From an uncultured Gammaproteobacteria bacterium (GTDB lineage: Bacteria > Patescibacteriota > Patescibacteriia > Veblenbacterales > UBA10138): a DNA stretch of 37,330 nucleotides. The translations under genes were made by a program, and so were the position numbers. Numbering within the stretch: position 1 is the first letter of the stretch; each line of letters begins with the position of its first letter. Positions 10,158-19,447 of the stretch are shown piece after piece. The notes under the pieces are model-generated. The model was not told the DNA's origin and did no database searches. It was given only the letters and a program-made list of their open reading frames with translations. The stretch lies in assembly GCA_964567515.1 (NCBI GenBank), contig CAZMMW010000002.1:1-37330 (forward strand), given 5' to 3'.

Positions 10158-10892
10158 TTATCGCCAATTATATAAATACTCCACTAAAGTAACATTGCGC
10201 CGAGTTAAGCCCAAAAAACCACCGGCTTGCCAGCTGACCTTAACTTCTGCTCTCACGCCTATTTTAATCTCATCATCATTACACTTAACATAACCGGTGC
10301 GCGTATAAAATGACTGATCACTACTCTGACAAACTGGATCTATCACTAATAACCGGCGATAGCCAGTATTTAATAAACCAGTGGTAACTGCCAAACCTTG
10401 AGTCCAATAATCTCCTGCCGTAGTTGGAGCGCGAACCATTTTTAATTCTGGCCTATTTTCATCATCCACATCCCGAGTATCATAAAAACGAAAAACAAAC
10501 TCAGGGGGTATTTGAGAAATATCAAATTGTAAAGCTATGCCACAACTCCTGGTTATACAGTTAGAATTATAAAATTCCTCATCTTCAGCTAAATTACAAG
10601 TATTAGGATCAGGAGAATCAATAGGCATCAGGCCGCAATCCCACTGCCAATTGGGTTTGTTGTTAGAAGCCAATAACCAGTTACTATCACGCCGGGCGCG
10701 CACTACCTCGATAGCCTCCCGCGCTAACTGCGCTGCCACTAAACGCTGGGAGCTATTATTAGCTGCCACAATATTTTTTAAAGTCAAAGTTAACACCGCG
10801 CCCAAACCAAACAAAATAATACCGATAGCTATAGTGGCTTCTAACAAACCTTGCCCTGATGATTTTTTAAAATTAACTGTTAAAAATTTCAT
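10158..10892 (-). CDS. pseudopilin-like protein
   Basis: N-terminus MKFLTVNFKKSSG|QGLLEATIAIGIILFG has Glu at +5 followed by a hydrophobic helix. Lies 1 nt from the upstream pseudopilin gene. Confidence 0.65.
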   Translation of the reverse strand: MKFLTVNFKKSSGQGLLEATIAIGIILFGLGAVLTLTLKNIVAANNSSQRLVAAQLAREAIEVVRARRDSNWLLASNNKPNWQWDCGLMPIDSPDPNTCNLAEDEEFYNSNCITRSCGIALQFDISQIPPEFVFRFYDTRDVDDENRPELKMVRAPTTAGDYWTQGLAVTTGLLNTGYRRLLVIDPVCQSSDQSFYTRTGYVKCNDDEIKIGVRAEVKVSWQAGGFLGLTRRNVTLVEYLYNWR

Positions 10893-10893
10893 G

Positions 10894-11553
10894 TTATAAA
10901 CCTAAAATAGTTATATCGCCGGCTGTAACCTGACCTGTTAAAGCATTGACTTCCACTAAAATCCGTTGCTGTAAAACAGTATGGGTTAATTCCACTCTGG
11001 CTTTAATATAACTTTCAGGATCAGTAGGATTCTTACCTTGCAACCACACTAATTCTGTCAGTGGCGAAAAAGCTATATTTAAACCGTTAACGTCATTTAA
11101 TAGCGGACGACCAGTATTATTAATATCAAAAACAGTCAGGCCTGTAATCTTTACCCTGCTAGGCAAAGTCAGTGTGTTTAATACTAAATCAATATTTTGA
11201 TTATATACATGATTAGCAAGGTCCGTCTCATCCTCTAAACAATCAGCAAAAACCGTAATTACATAATTACCGGCGCTGGTGTCAATATTCACGCCCCAAC
11301 CGCCCGGTGGCTCGCTGGGAATTGTAGGAAAAGCAAGACATTGCACAGTTTTGCCAGCTGTCGCCTGCGTTTGCATTTCCCTAAAAGCGGTTTCTAAAAC
11401 ATTGGCCCCTTCTGCCAATTCATCCCTATACTGACCTTGGCGAAAATTAACAATCACCAAAGCAGTAATCAATAAAAAAATACCAACAGAGATCATTAAT
11501 TCCATGACAGTAAAACCGACTGCTGTCTTTGGTTTTGATAAAAAGAAATTCAT
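10894..11553 (-). CDS. prepilin-type N-terminal cleavage/methylation domain protein (pseudopilin)
   Basis: MNFFLSKPKTAVG|FTVMELMISVGIFLL. Confidence 0.8.
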   Translation of the reverse strand: MNFFLSKPKTAVGFTVMELMISVGIFLLITALVIVNFRQGQYRDELAEGANVLETAFREMQTQATAGKTVQCLAFPTIPSEPPGGWGVNIDTSAGNYVITVFADCLEDETDLANHVYNQNIDLVLNTLTLPSRVKITGLTVFDINNTGRPLLNDVNGLNIAFSPLTELVWLQGKNPTDPESYIKARVELTHTVLQQRILVEVNALTGQVTAGDITILGL

Positions 11554-11680
11554 TTTAAATAAACTCGAAACTTAGATCTCAAAACTCAAAACCACAATTC
11601 AAAAACCAAAACAGTTTTTAGTTTTAAGTTATAATGTTGGGTTTTGCATTTTGAGATTTGAGTTGACATAACCCAAATAC
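11554..11680. repeat. roughly 100-bp intergenic imperfect palindrome, paralog of 10054-10157
   Basis: agatctcaaaactcaaaaccacaattcaaaa ... gggttttgcattttgagatttgagttgacataa. Confidence 0.7.
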
Positions 11681-11713
11681 TAGATATTAAGATTTAGGAT
11701 TTATATAGTTATT

Positions 11714-12547
11714 TTACCATTCCAATAGGGTAAAATACCACCCCCAGATTACCTCGCCATATATTAACGAAATAATAGTAGTAACAGTTAAAAAAGTGCC
11801 AAAAGGCAATCTTTCGCCCCAGGTTTTTTTACCTAACAACAATAATACTACCGCCACTACTGCTCCTGCTAGATAAGCTAAAAACAAAGCCACTAGCAAA
11901 CCTTGCCAGCCAGCTAACATGGCGCCCATCAAAGCGCCTAACCTAATATCACCAGAGCCAACCCAACGGCCGTGAGAGATTAAATATTGCCAACCAAACC
12001 AAGTTGCGCCGATCAACATAGCCAGCAATATATTTTGCCAAGAATGTCCCCATAAAATATTGGCTAGTAAAGCAATGACTATGCCTAACAAAGTAATTTG
12101 ATCTGGTAAAATATACCAACGACAATCAAACACAAAAAGCGCTAATAAAATACTAAAAAATATTCCCAAAGTTATTACCCCAAGCCACTGATCAGCCGTC
12201 ATTGCCAGTCCCGATATCAATCGAGACGAAGCAATCCCTTTGGTGGAATTAAAGATGACTACGGCACCAGGACCCGCCATAACATAGCAATATCCCAACA
12301 GCCATAAAAATCCCGAGGCTAATTCCACTATAGGATACTGCCAGGAAATTTTAGTTTTACACGCCCGACATTTTCCTCCAAGCAAAATAAAAGACAAGAG
12401 GGGTATGTTGTCATACCAACTAATAATCTTGCCGCACGCTGGACAAACCGACCGGCCAAACAAAGACTTACCATCTTTCAGGCGTAAAATCACTACATTC
12501 AAAAAACTACCTATGATTAGTCCTAAAAGAAAAAAGAATATGCTCAT
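11714..12547 (-). CDS. pilD: prepilin peptidase (A24 family)
   Basis: N-terminal GSFLNVV plus the Cys pairs CPACGK...CRACK. Multi-TM with a GDIRLG-type Asp motif. The stop of the upstream gene overlaps this gene's ATG (ATGA). Confidence 0.9.
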   Translation of the reverse strand: MSIFFFLLGLIIGSFLNVVILRLKDGKSLFGRSVCPACGKIISWYDNIPLLSFILLGGKCRACKTKISWQYPIVELASGFLWLLGYCYVMAGPGAVVIFNSTKGIASSRLISGLAMTADQWLGVITLGIFFSILLALFVFDCRWYILPDQITLLGIVIALLANILWGHSWQNILLAMLIGATWFGWQYLISHGRWVGSGDIRLGALMGAMLAGWQGLLVALFLAYLAGAVVAVVLLLLGKKTWGERLPFGTFLTVTTIISLIYGEVIWGWYFTLLEW

Positions 12548-14346
12548 ATTTTATTGTTTAACCAACTTCTATATTCCACATAATCATTATAGATGATACT
12601 AAAAGGTCTGTCGTCATAGTCTATTGCCTTTAATAAATTATCTAATTGTCTTTTATTATCCCCCCGCTCTAAACAAGAAACAGCTTTTAAATAATATAAA
12701 TAAGATAAAAAATTTTTCTCACTGATGGCACTGAAATTTTCTGGCTTAATATCCTGGCAAAGTAAATTTTTGTTTTGATATTGTAAAGATTCTGATTCTT
12801 GATCAAAGACAATAAAACCGTGACCGTTTGTTCTACTATATAACCGCTGGCCCATTGGCAATTCTTCTTTAACTACAGCAAAAGTAGTATAAAGCGGTAA
12901 CTTCTTAGATTTTGCGTATTCGTAAGCGTGCTGTAAAAGCAACGACCTTTGTTCTACAAAGTCTTTGTTTTTATATGTCAAATCAAGCTTAGGAAAACTT
13001 GTTGGTAATTTAATAACACCCGCATCATTAATAATAATAACATCTGGCCTAACATTTTCTACTAGTCTCATATAACCCAAGGAAAAAGTTTCCGTATCGC
13101 CAACAAAACCATCGTGCTTAGCAATCAAAACAGCTTGGGAGGGTAATTCTTGTAGTAACTGATGATAATAATCGGCTACCAAAGTTTTCTTACTCAAGTC
13201 ATTAGTAGTCCAATTAGACCATAAGTAACTAACCGGCCACAATATTAAAATAACGGAACCTATAATTACCTCCAACCTCAAAAAAAACTTTGATTTGATT
13301 TTTAACTGTTGCCACAACCATTCTAATCCTAAAGCTATAAAAATGACCACCACCGCATAAACTACCAAATAGTAAACACGATAAATATAAGCTGTTATCT
13401 CACTCCAACCTAAATTACGTAACAAAATAATGCTAACACTCTGACAAATAATTATCCCCAAAAACAGATAACTAATCCGACGCTGACGATAAAAAACTAA
13501 CCCGACTAAACCAATAATCACAGCCAACCAGCCAAATTGCTCCATGATATTTTGTAAAAAAGAAAAAAACAAAGTCCATTTACTACCCGAAGCAGCAACT
13601 AAACCCCAATCATTATAATGTAAACGCGCTAAATGGTGAAACCAAGACGATAAGGTTTCGGGATTACCTATATCCAACCCCGGGTTCATTAATGATCTCA
13701 AGGGTAAAAATAAATAAATACCCAAACCTGCGATCAGTAAACCTAGTAAAATTAAGAAACATCTTACTCCAGCTTTCTTGTCTTTCCAATTGACATAATA
13801 AATATAAACAAGATAAACCGGCATCAACATTAATATCAGCTGATGATTGCCGGCGCCCAACCCAATTAAAAAAAATGTGAGATAAAGATAAAATATCTTT
13901 TTTGTTTCCTGCCACAGTAATAGCCAATATAAAGACAATAAACTGAAAAAGGCATTCAAAGTATACACTTCAGCCACTATGCTTTGTGACCAAAAAATTG
14001 CTGAAAAAGCTAAAACTTGTGAACTTGCTAGAGCAATAATTTTATTGCCAGTTAGCTTTTTTATTATTAAATAAAGTACAGCTACGGCTGAGGCTCCGGC
14101 CACAGCCGATAATAAATTAACACGCCAAGCTACAGAGCCAATAGGCAAAAAGGAAAACAATTTTCCTAAAATCATATATAAAGGATGGCCAGGGGGGTGC
14201 CCTATGCCTAAAGTAGTAGCAGCAGTAACAAACTCGGCTGAATCCTCTGTATAAATAGTCGGGGCTAAGGTTAATAAATAAATAACTAATGGTAAAAACC
14301 AAGCCGCCGCTAACCACCAATCAATTTGTTTTAATATTTTGGTCAT
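12544..14346 (-). CDS. DUF2723-like GT-C fold membrane glycosyltransferase
   Basis: N-terminus APTIYTEDSAEFVTAATTLGIGHPPGHPLY is characteristic of the DUF2723/TMEM260-like family. Many TM helices and a soluble C-terminal domain. ATG at 14346 is preferred over the track's TTG at 14349. Confidence 0.7.
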   Translation of the reverse strand: MTKILKQIDWWLAAAWFLPLVIYLLTLAPTIYTEDSAEFVTAATTLGIGHPPGHPLYMILGKLFSFLPIGSVAWRVNLLSAVAGASAVAVLYLIIKKLTGNKIIALASSQVLAFSAIFWSQSIVAEVYTLNAFFSLLSLYWLLLWQETKKIFYLYLTFFLIGLGAGNHQLILMLMPVYLVYIYYVNWKDKKAGVRCFLILLGLLIAGLGIYLFLPLRSLMNPGLDIGNPETLSSWFHHLARLHYNDWGLVAASGSKWTLFFSFLQNIMEQFGWLAVIIGLVGLVFYRQRRISYLFLGIIICQSVSIILLRNLGWSEITAYIYRVYYLVVYAVVVIFIALGLEWLWQQLKIKSKFFLRLEVIIGSVILILWPVSYLWSNWTTNDLSKKTLVADYYHQLLQELPSQAVLIAKHDGFVGDTETFSLGYMRLVENVRPDVIIINDAGVIKLPTSFPKLDLTYKNKDFVEQRSLLLQHAYEYAKSKKLPLYTTFAVVKEELPMGQRLYSRTNGHGFIVFDQESESLQYQNKNLLCQDIKPENFSAISEKNFLSYLYYLKAVSCLERGDNKRQLDNLLKAIDYDDRPFSIIYNDYVEYRSWLNNKI

Positions 14347-14684
14347 CAATTAGTTTTGTTGGGATAATAAAGAAAATTATTATCTCTAGCGTAACCTGGA
14401 TAATAATTATTTTGTATACTTTCTCTCATTTCCTTGGTTAAACCAGAGTTACCATAATAAGGATCAAAAACTCGACCCTCCACAGGACCTTCATTTAGAA
14501 TTATTACGTCAAGTTTTTTATTATTAATTTTATCAACAAAAGGTTGCTGACTCCGGGTTTTGTTTTGAGCTAACTGCACAAAAATCCTAGCATCAGATAA
14601 ATACCAAGTACCGGGAACTAGTGTAGAATAATACATCCATTCCTCAAAAAAATTATTTCGATGACTTTGTATTAACTTTGCCAT
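14346..14684 (-). CDS. hypothetical protein
   Basis: 112-aa ORF. Its TGA overlaps the downstream ATG by 1 nt (TGATG). No recognisable motif. Confidence 0.45.
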   Translation of the reverse strand: MAKLIQSHRNNFFEEWMYYSTLVPGTWYLSDARIFVQLAQNKTRSQQPFVDKINNKKLDVIILNEGPVEGRVFDPYYGNSGLTKEMRESIQNNYYPGYARDNNFLYYPNKTN

Positions 14685-14705
14685 GACCGCTACTCGGCTA
14701 ACTGA

Positions 14706-15851
14706 TTATTTGTAAGGAATATCTACCAGAAGCGCCCTGGCAGATACAAGACTGGACTTAACAAATAGAACATTAACTACGATGAATAAAAATAATATAC
14801 CCGGTATTGAGACAACTTTCTCCTTAATAATCTTTAATCTGTTATCAAACAATCGCCAACTTAACGCCACCCAAATTAAAGAAACTAATTGGTATTCAAT
14901 AAAATAATTATCACCAGCCCCAGCCCAACTATAACTTAGACAAAATAAAATAACCAAGATCAAATAACTAAACCAAAAAAAGGAGTCATTTTTAAAAATA
15001 AACATCCTATCTTTAAGGTAATAAAAAATAAACATCATGACCGGTATAAACAAAATTATATTGGGCCAAAATAACACAACATCCGTCGTGCTAAAAAATT
15101 TCCACCAATAAAAAGATTGGCTTCGGTTAACTATAAAGTTATGAATATAAAATTGTCCTTGGGTATAATAATTCATTATAAAAAATAAAGTGACTGCTAA
15201 ACCAAAAAAGGATGGGATATAAAGCAATCCTGATTTTCTGTTTTTATATAATAAATATATAATGACTGCTAACGGTGCCGACAAAAAAGATATTTTTACT
15301 GACAAGGCTAACAAAAAAAATACGATTGATAAAAAATAACTATATTTTTTTTCTCGAACAAAAAAACAAATTCCCGCTACGGTAAATAACACCCCCATCA
15401 TATCAATTCTATTAATAAATCCCCATAATAGAACTATGGGTGATAATAAAAAACTACTGGCCCAAAAAATGGACCATTTTTTATTAAGATATTTTCTCAA
15501 CAACAAATAAATAAAAAAAGTTGTTAAAATTGTACAAATAAAAGAAATAGTCCTACCCAAAGTATTAGAAGGTTCAATATGAAAAATTTTAGCCAAACCG
15601 GCCCCCGTTACTTGAAACAAAGGAGAATAGGGGTTGACTAAATAAGGTTCCCGATTTAAGGGTAGATATAAAGTTTGTAAGTTTGGCTGCTGATAAAAAT
15701 TCTGTACTCGTTTTAAAATAAAATTTTCATTAACATTGACTGCTAGAGGGTAAATAATGACTGAATATACCATGCTCAATAGACTAATAACAATAACTCC
15801 GACTACTAAAATGATAAGGATGTTTTTTATGGGCAAATTCAGATCTTTCAT
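14706..15851 (-). CDS. polytopic membrane protein, possible GT-C-like glycosyltransferase
   Basis: 381 aa with about 10 or more predicted TM helices and a layout like ArnT/PMT-type enzymes. No catalytic motif verified. Confidence 0.4.
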   Translation of the reverse strand: MKDLNLPIKNILIILVVGVIVISLLSMVYSVIIYPLAVNVNENFILKRVQNFYQQPNLQTLYLPLNREPYLVNPYSPLFQVTGAGLAKIFHIEPSNTLGRTISFICTILTTFFIYLLLRKYLNKKWSIFWASSFLLSPIVLLWGFINRIDMMGVLFTVAGICFFVREKKYSYFLSIVFFLLALSVKISFLSAPLAVIIYLLYKNRKSGLLYIPSFFGLAVTLFFIMNYYTQGQFYIHNFIVNRSQSFYWWKFFSTTDVVLFWPNIILFIPVMMFIFYYLKDRMFIFKNDSFFWFSYLILVILFCLSYSWAGAGDNYFIEYQLVSLIWVALSWRLFDNRLKIIKEKVVSIPGILFLFIVVNVLFVKSSLVSARALLVDIPYK

Positions 15852-15940
15852 AAATTTATTATATCACTTTTAATTATTAAAAACATAAGTTTTCCCAAGA
15901 TTAGGAAAACTTATGTTTAATAAATAAACTTATGCTACCT

Positions 15941-16387
15941 TTATTGTGACATACCAGCTGGAGAAGCAGTAACCGTTCCAGCAGTGAAGCCGCCAGTTGC
16001 TCCTTCTAAAGTAAATCTTAGAGTGTAAGTAGAAGCAGTACTACTATTATAAATATAATTAGAAGTTGGTCCTCCCGGATCACGAGGCACCTGCTGCATA
16101 TATATGGTTGTTCCTGAACAAGCCGCTGTTATACCACCACCAGAACTCAAACAAATATTTGAACCTATACCAAGATTTACATCACCGCTTGTTGTGGGAT
16201 AAGCGACCTGATCTGAATAATACATTTCCAAAGCGGTTTGAATTTGCTTGACGTCAGCTATACGCTTGGCATCTCTGGACTTACCACGGGCGCTCTGCAG
16301 AGCAATCACCGCGATAGTGGAGAGAATACCAATAATAGCGATTACCACTAGTAATTCAATTAAAGTAAAACCTTTTCGATTTTTCAT
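15941..16387 (-). CDS. type IV major pilin
   Basis: MKNRKG|FTLIELLVVIAIIGILS is a consensus class III signal. GGAGGTGAG lies 5 nt upstream of the ATG at 16387. The track's longer ORF (to 16432) starts upstream of the SD. Confidence 0.9.
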   Translation of the reverse strand: MKNRKGFTLIELLVVIAIIGILSTIAVIALQSARGKSRDAKRIADVKQIQTALEMYYSDQVAYPTTSGDVNLGIGSNICLSSGGGITAACSGTTIYMQQVPRDPGGPTSNYIYNSSTASTYTLRFTLEGATGGFTAGTVTASPAGMSQ

Positions 16388-16497
16388 TTTCTCACCTCCT
16401 TCCCGGTACTGGAAAATAAGATATTTATACATTTTAATAAATTATCAATTACTAATTATCAATTTTCAATGCATCTAAATTATAATTAACATTAATT

Positions 16498-16526
16498 ATT
16501 ATAGCAAATAGAACGAATTTTGTCAT
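16498..16526 (-). promoter_or_regulatory. sigma70-like promoter for the pilin gene
   Basis: On the minus strand: ATGACA, a 17-nt spacer, then TATAAT. Lies about 110 nt upstream of the pilin ATG. Confidence 0.5.
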
Positions 16527-16552
16527 TTGGGCGATTAATTTTGCCTACTATA

Positions 16553-16993
16553 ATTATCAATTTTCAATTCTCAATTATCAAACAAGCTCCAATTCTTTAA
16601 TTTTCACTAACTAGCTGTCCTTATTATTTTAGAGAAGATGAGTAATAATTCTTGGGCTTCTTGCCAAAATTTTATTAGCTCCTTTTTTCTCTCGGGATTG
16701 CTTCTAGCTAACAGTCTTAACCAGTGTTTGGTTTCTTTTATCTCTTTCCTGCTAATACCTATTTTATGAATAAAATCTCTTTTACTTTCTGCTTCGGTGG
16801 CCTCACAATAGTTAGCGCCAATTGAACCAGCAGCTCCCACTAATTGAGAAATAATTCTATTGTTAATTGAGTTTTCCTTTATGGTCTTGGCGAAATCAAT
16901 TATTTCTTCTGCTAAACTTGCCGTTCTTTCCTCTAGATCGTATTTTTTATTTTCACTTAATGTTTTATTTATTGAAAATTGAAAATTGATAAT
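16553..16993. repeat. inverted repeat arms (16553-16575 and 16971-16993) bracketing the four-helix-bundle ORF
   Basis: attatcaattttcaattctcaat against the reverse complement of attgaaaattgaaaattgataat: 22 of 23 positions complementary. Confidence 0.75.
16607..16972 (-). CDS. four-helix-bundle protein (23S rRNA intervening-sequence protein family)
   Basis: KYDLEERTASLAEEIIDFAK...SQLVGAAGSIGANYCEATEAESKRDFIHKIGISRKEIKETKHWLRLL matches the family end to end. The open frame runs to 16999, but there is no ATG/GTG/TTG upstream of the GTG at 16840. The start is therefore non-canonical (ATA/ATT near 16970) or lost. Confidence 0.7.
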   Translation of the reverse strand: MNKTLSENKKYDLEERTASLAEEIIDFAKTIKENSINNRIISQLVGAAGSIGANYCEATEAESKRDFIHKIGISRKEIKETKHWLRLLARSNPERKKELIKFWQEAQELLLIFSKIIRTAS

Positions 16994-17012
16994 TGAAAAT
17001 TAGTATTTGATT

Positions 17013-18221
17013 CTAAATCGCCGAGGACAGCCTGTACATTGGCAGTAAAATAGCGGCAACCATAAAACCTACGCCTACGCCCATTACCAACATAATCATC
17101 GGCTCTAGTAAGGTAACCAAATTAGACACTAAATTATTTACTTCTCTGGTATAAAAATCCGCCAAGCGTTTAAAAATCTCCTCCAAGCGGCCGGTTTTTT
17201 CACCCACTATCATCATTTGCGATACCATACTAGGCACAATGTCGGTCTGGCTAAAAATACTGGCCACAGAATTGCCGTCTTCCACTTCTTTAATAGTGCG
17301 TTTAAGAATATCTTCAAACACGGCGCTATCTACCACGCTGGCTACTATTTCCAAACTTTTAGTTAAAGGCACGCCGCCGACTATCAAAGTGTACATGGAA
17401 CGGGTAAAGCGCACTAAATAAATATGCTTGTAAATTGTTCCAACGATGGGAATTTTTAACTGCGCGATGTGCCATAAATAACGTCCTTGCGGCGTACGGA
17501 AATATAAATTTAATAAGATTATCAATCCCGCCACAACCACGATCAGCAACCACCACCAATTAGCCAAAAAAGAACTGATGCCGATTAAAATTTTGGTAGA
17601 AAGAGGTAATTCGGTGCCTGCTTCCTGCAAAATAGTAGTTAGTTTGGGCACTACATAAACCATCATAACTCCGGCTACAATCACCAAACCGCTTAAAATA
17701 AAAGCCGGATAAATCATAGCCCCGCGAATGCGGGACATCAAATCATAACTTTTCTCCTGCTCATCGGCTAAATAAGTCAGCACTTCGTCCAACTTACCCG
17801 AAGTTTCTCCTGAAGTAATCATACTAACATAAAAGGAGGAGAAAACGTTGGGATATTTAACCAAAGTGGCTGAAAGTTTAGCGCCGCCCTCTACTTCATC
17901 GGCTATTTCCGACACAATCATTCTTAGTTTGGGATTAGTTGTTTGTTTTTCTAAAATACGCAAAGCCTGCACTAAAGGTAAAGTAGCCGCAGCCATTACT
18001 GCCAACTGTCTAGAAAAAATTACCAAATCCTTGCTCTTAATACGCCCAATTTGGATCATGGATAAAAAACTAAAACGGCCCAAGCGGCGTTCTTTGATGG
18101 TTAAGGGAGTTAAACTACGGTCAATTAAAATTTCCACCGCTTCCTCATGAGAAACGGCTTCTACCATCCCTCTGATGGTTTGACCTTCTATATTTTTAGC
18201 TTGATATTCAAATAAAGACAC
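17013..18221 (-). CDS. pilC: type IV pilus platform protein PilC (GspF family)
   Basis: 402 aa with two GspF-type repeats and 3 TM segments. Typical N-terminus SLFEYQAKNIEGQTIRG. GTG start. Confidence 0.9.
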   Translation of the reverse strand: MSLFEYQAKNIEGQTIRGMVEAVSHEEAVEILIDRSLTPLTIKERRLGRFSFLSMIQIGRIKSKDLVIFSRQLAVMAAATLPLVQALRILEKQTTNPKLRMIVSEIADEVEGGAKLSATLVKYPNVFSSFYVSMITSGETSGKLDEVLTYLADEQEKSYDLMSRIRGAMIYPAFILSGLVIVAGVMMVYVVPKLTTILQEAGTELPLSTKILIGISSFLANWWWLLIVVVAGLIILLNLYFRTPQGRYLWHIAQLKIPIVGTIYKHIYLVRFTRSMYTLIVGGVPLTKSLEIVASVVDSAVFEDILKRTIKEVEDGNSVASIFSQTDIVPSMVSQMMIVGEKTGRLEEIFKRLADFYTREVNNLVSNLVTLLEPMIMLVMGVGVGFMVAAILLPMYRLSSAI

Positions 18222-18294
18222 AAAAGAAATTTAAAATTAAAAATGCAAAATTCAAAATTATTTTTAATTTTTCACTTTAAACTTTTAACTTTCA
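18222..18294. repeat. AT-rich intergenic palindrome (aaaatt/aatttt type)
   Basis: Shares atttttaatttttca(c/t)ttt...aacttttaacttt with 19375-19447 and with the R2 core. Confidence 0.55.
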
Positions 18295-19374
18295 TTACCT
18301 CATCCTCAACATTGATTGTAAAGCAGAGGGATCAGCAGCCTGCTGGATTGCTTCGTCTGTCTTGACTTCTCCGGTTCTGACTAAATCAGCCAGACTGCGC
18401 TCTAAACTAATCATACCTTCACCACGAGAGGTTTCCAAGACAGTTCTTAGTTGTAATATTTTATTATCCCGGATTAAAGCCTGCACCGGTTCGGTACTAA
18501 TCAACAGTTCACTGACTAATAATCTACCACCGCCCACTCGCGGTACCAAACGTTGACAAGCAGCCGCCAAAAAAATGTCGGCCAATTCCATTCTAAAATT
18601 TTTGGCATCAATATTAGGCAAAATATTACCGGCTATATGCTCCAAAGCCTGAATAGTGGAATCGGCCTCTACTACTACCATAACCAAGGTGCCAGAACCG
18701 GCTAAATTCAACACTTGCGGCCAGGCGGAAGGAGGAATGGGCACATCAATAGCTAAAACATCAGCGTCTTCGTTGCGAACATCATCCAAAGCCTGAGCAA
18801 ACGTTAGAACATCGTCCCCTATATCACGCTGTTTAATTAAAGACTTATCATTAACTAATAAATATTCAATAGGATCTTCTAAGGTTACTAGATGACGCGC
18901 AGTCTGATGATTAATACGATCCAACAATGAACTCATGGTGGTAGTGCGTCCAGAACCCCGGGGGCCTGCTATGATCAGCAAGCCCTCGCGGGCAGTAATA
19001 TATTCAACCAAACGCTTGGGTACGCCTAGCTGCTCACAAGGATAAGCTTGGGGCGAAATATAACGTAAATCAAAAGAAGGCAAATTCTTTTGAAAATCAA
19101 CATGCACTCTAAAACGGGCTTTGTTACCTAAAGCATAACTCACTGTAATGGTACGCTGTTGTAACAATAAATTTTTTTTATCGCTGGGCAATAAAAAATC
19201 AATAGCTTGCTGCAACAAATCAGGACTTAAGACCGGCTCTTGCGTAAGCGTTTCTAATTTGCCGTCTTTCCGCACCACCGGCTGATTGGCGGCCATCAAA
19301 TGAATATCTGATACCTGGCGTTCAGCCGCGGCAGTCAAAATTCTGGCAATAGTTAAATTATCAGTAGTAGACAC
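18295..19374 (-). CDS. PilT-like ATPase homolog with degenerate catalytic motifs
   Basis: Collinear with PilT (SDIHL, TLEDPIEY, GGGR). Walker A is GPRGSGRTT (Lys to Arg). The Walker B/Asp-box region reads DADVLAIDVP (no GE). The His-box reads GTLVMVVVEA. Confidence 0.8.
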   Translation of the reverse strand: MSTTDNLTIARILTAAAERQVSDIHLMAANQPVVRKDGKLETLTQEPVLSPDLLQQAIDFLLPSDKKNLLLQQRTITVSYALGNKARFRVHVDFQKNLPSFDLRYISPQAYPCEQLGVPKRLVEYITAREGLLIIAGPRGSGRTTTMSSLLDRINHQTARHLVTLEDPIEYLLVNDKSLIKQRDIGDDVLTFAQALDDVRNEDADVLAIDVPIPPSAWPQVLNLAGSGTLVMVVVEADSTIQALEHIAGNILPNIDAKNFRMELADIFLAAACQRLVPRVGGGRLLVSELLISTEPVQALIRDNKILQLRTVLETSRGEGMISLERSLADLVRTGEVKTDEAIQQAADPSALQSMLRMR

Positions 19375-19447
19375 AATATAAATTTAAAATTTAAAATTAA
19401 AAGTTAAAAATAATTTTTAATTTTTCATTTTTAATTTTTAACTTTCG
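19375..19447. repeat. AT-rich intergenic palindrome
   Basis: aaagttaaaaat ... atttttaacttt arms. Contains the motif aatttttaatttttcatttttaatttttaacttt. Confidence 0.55.
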
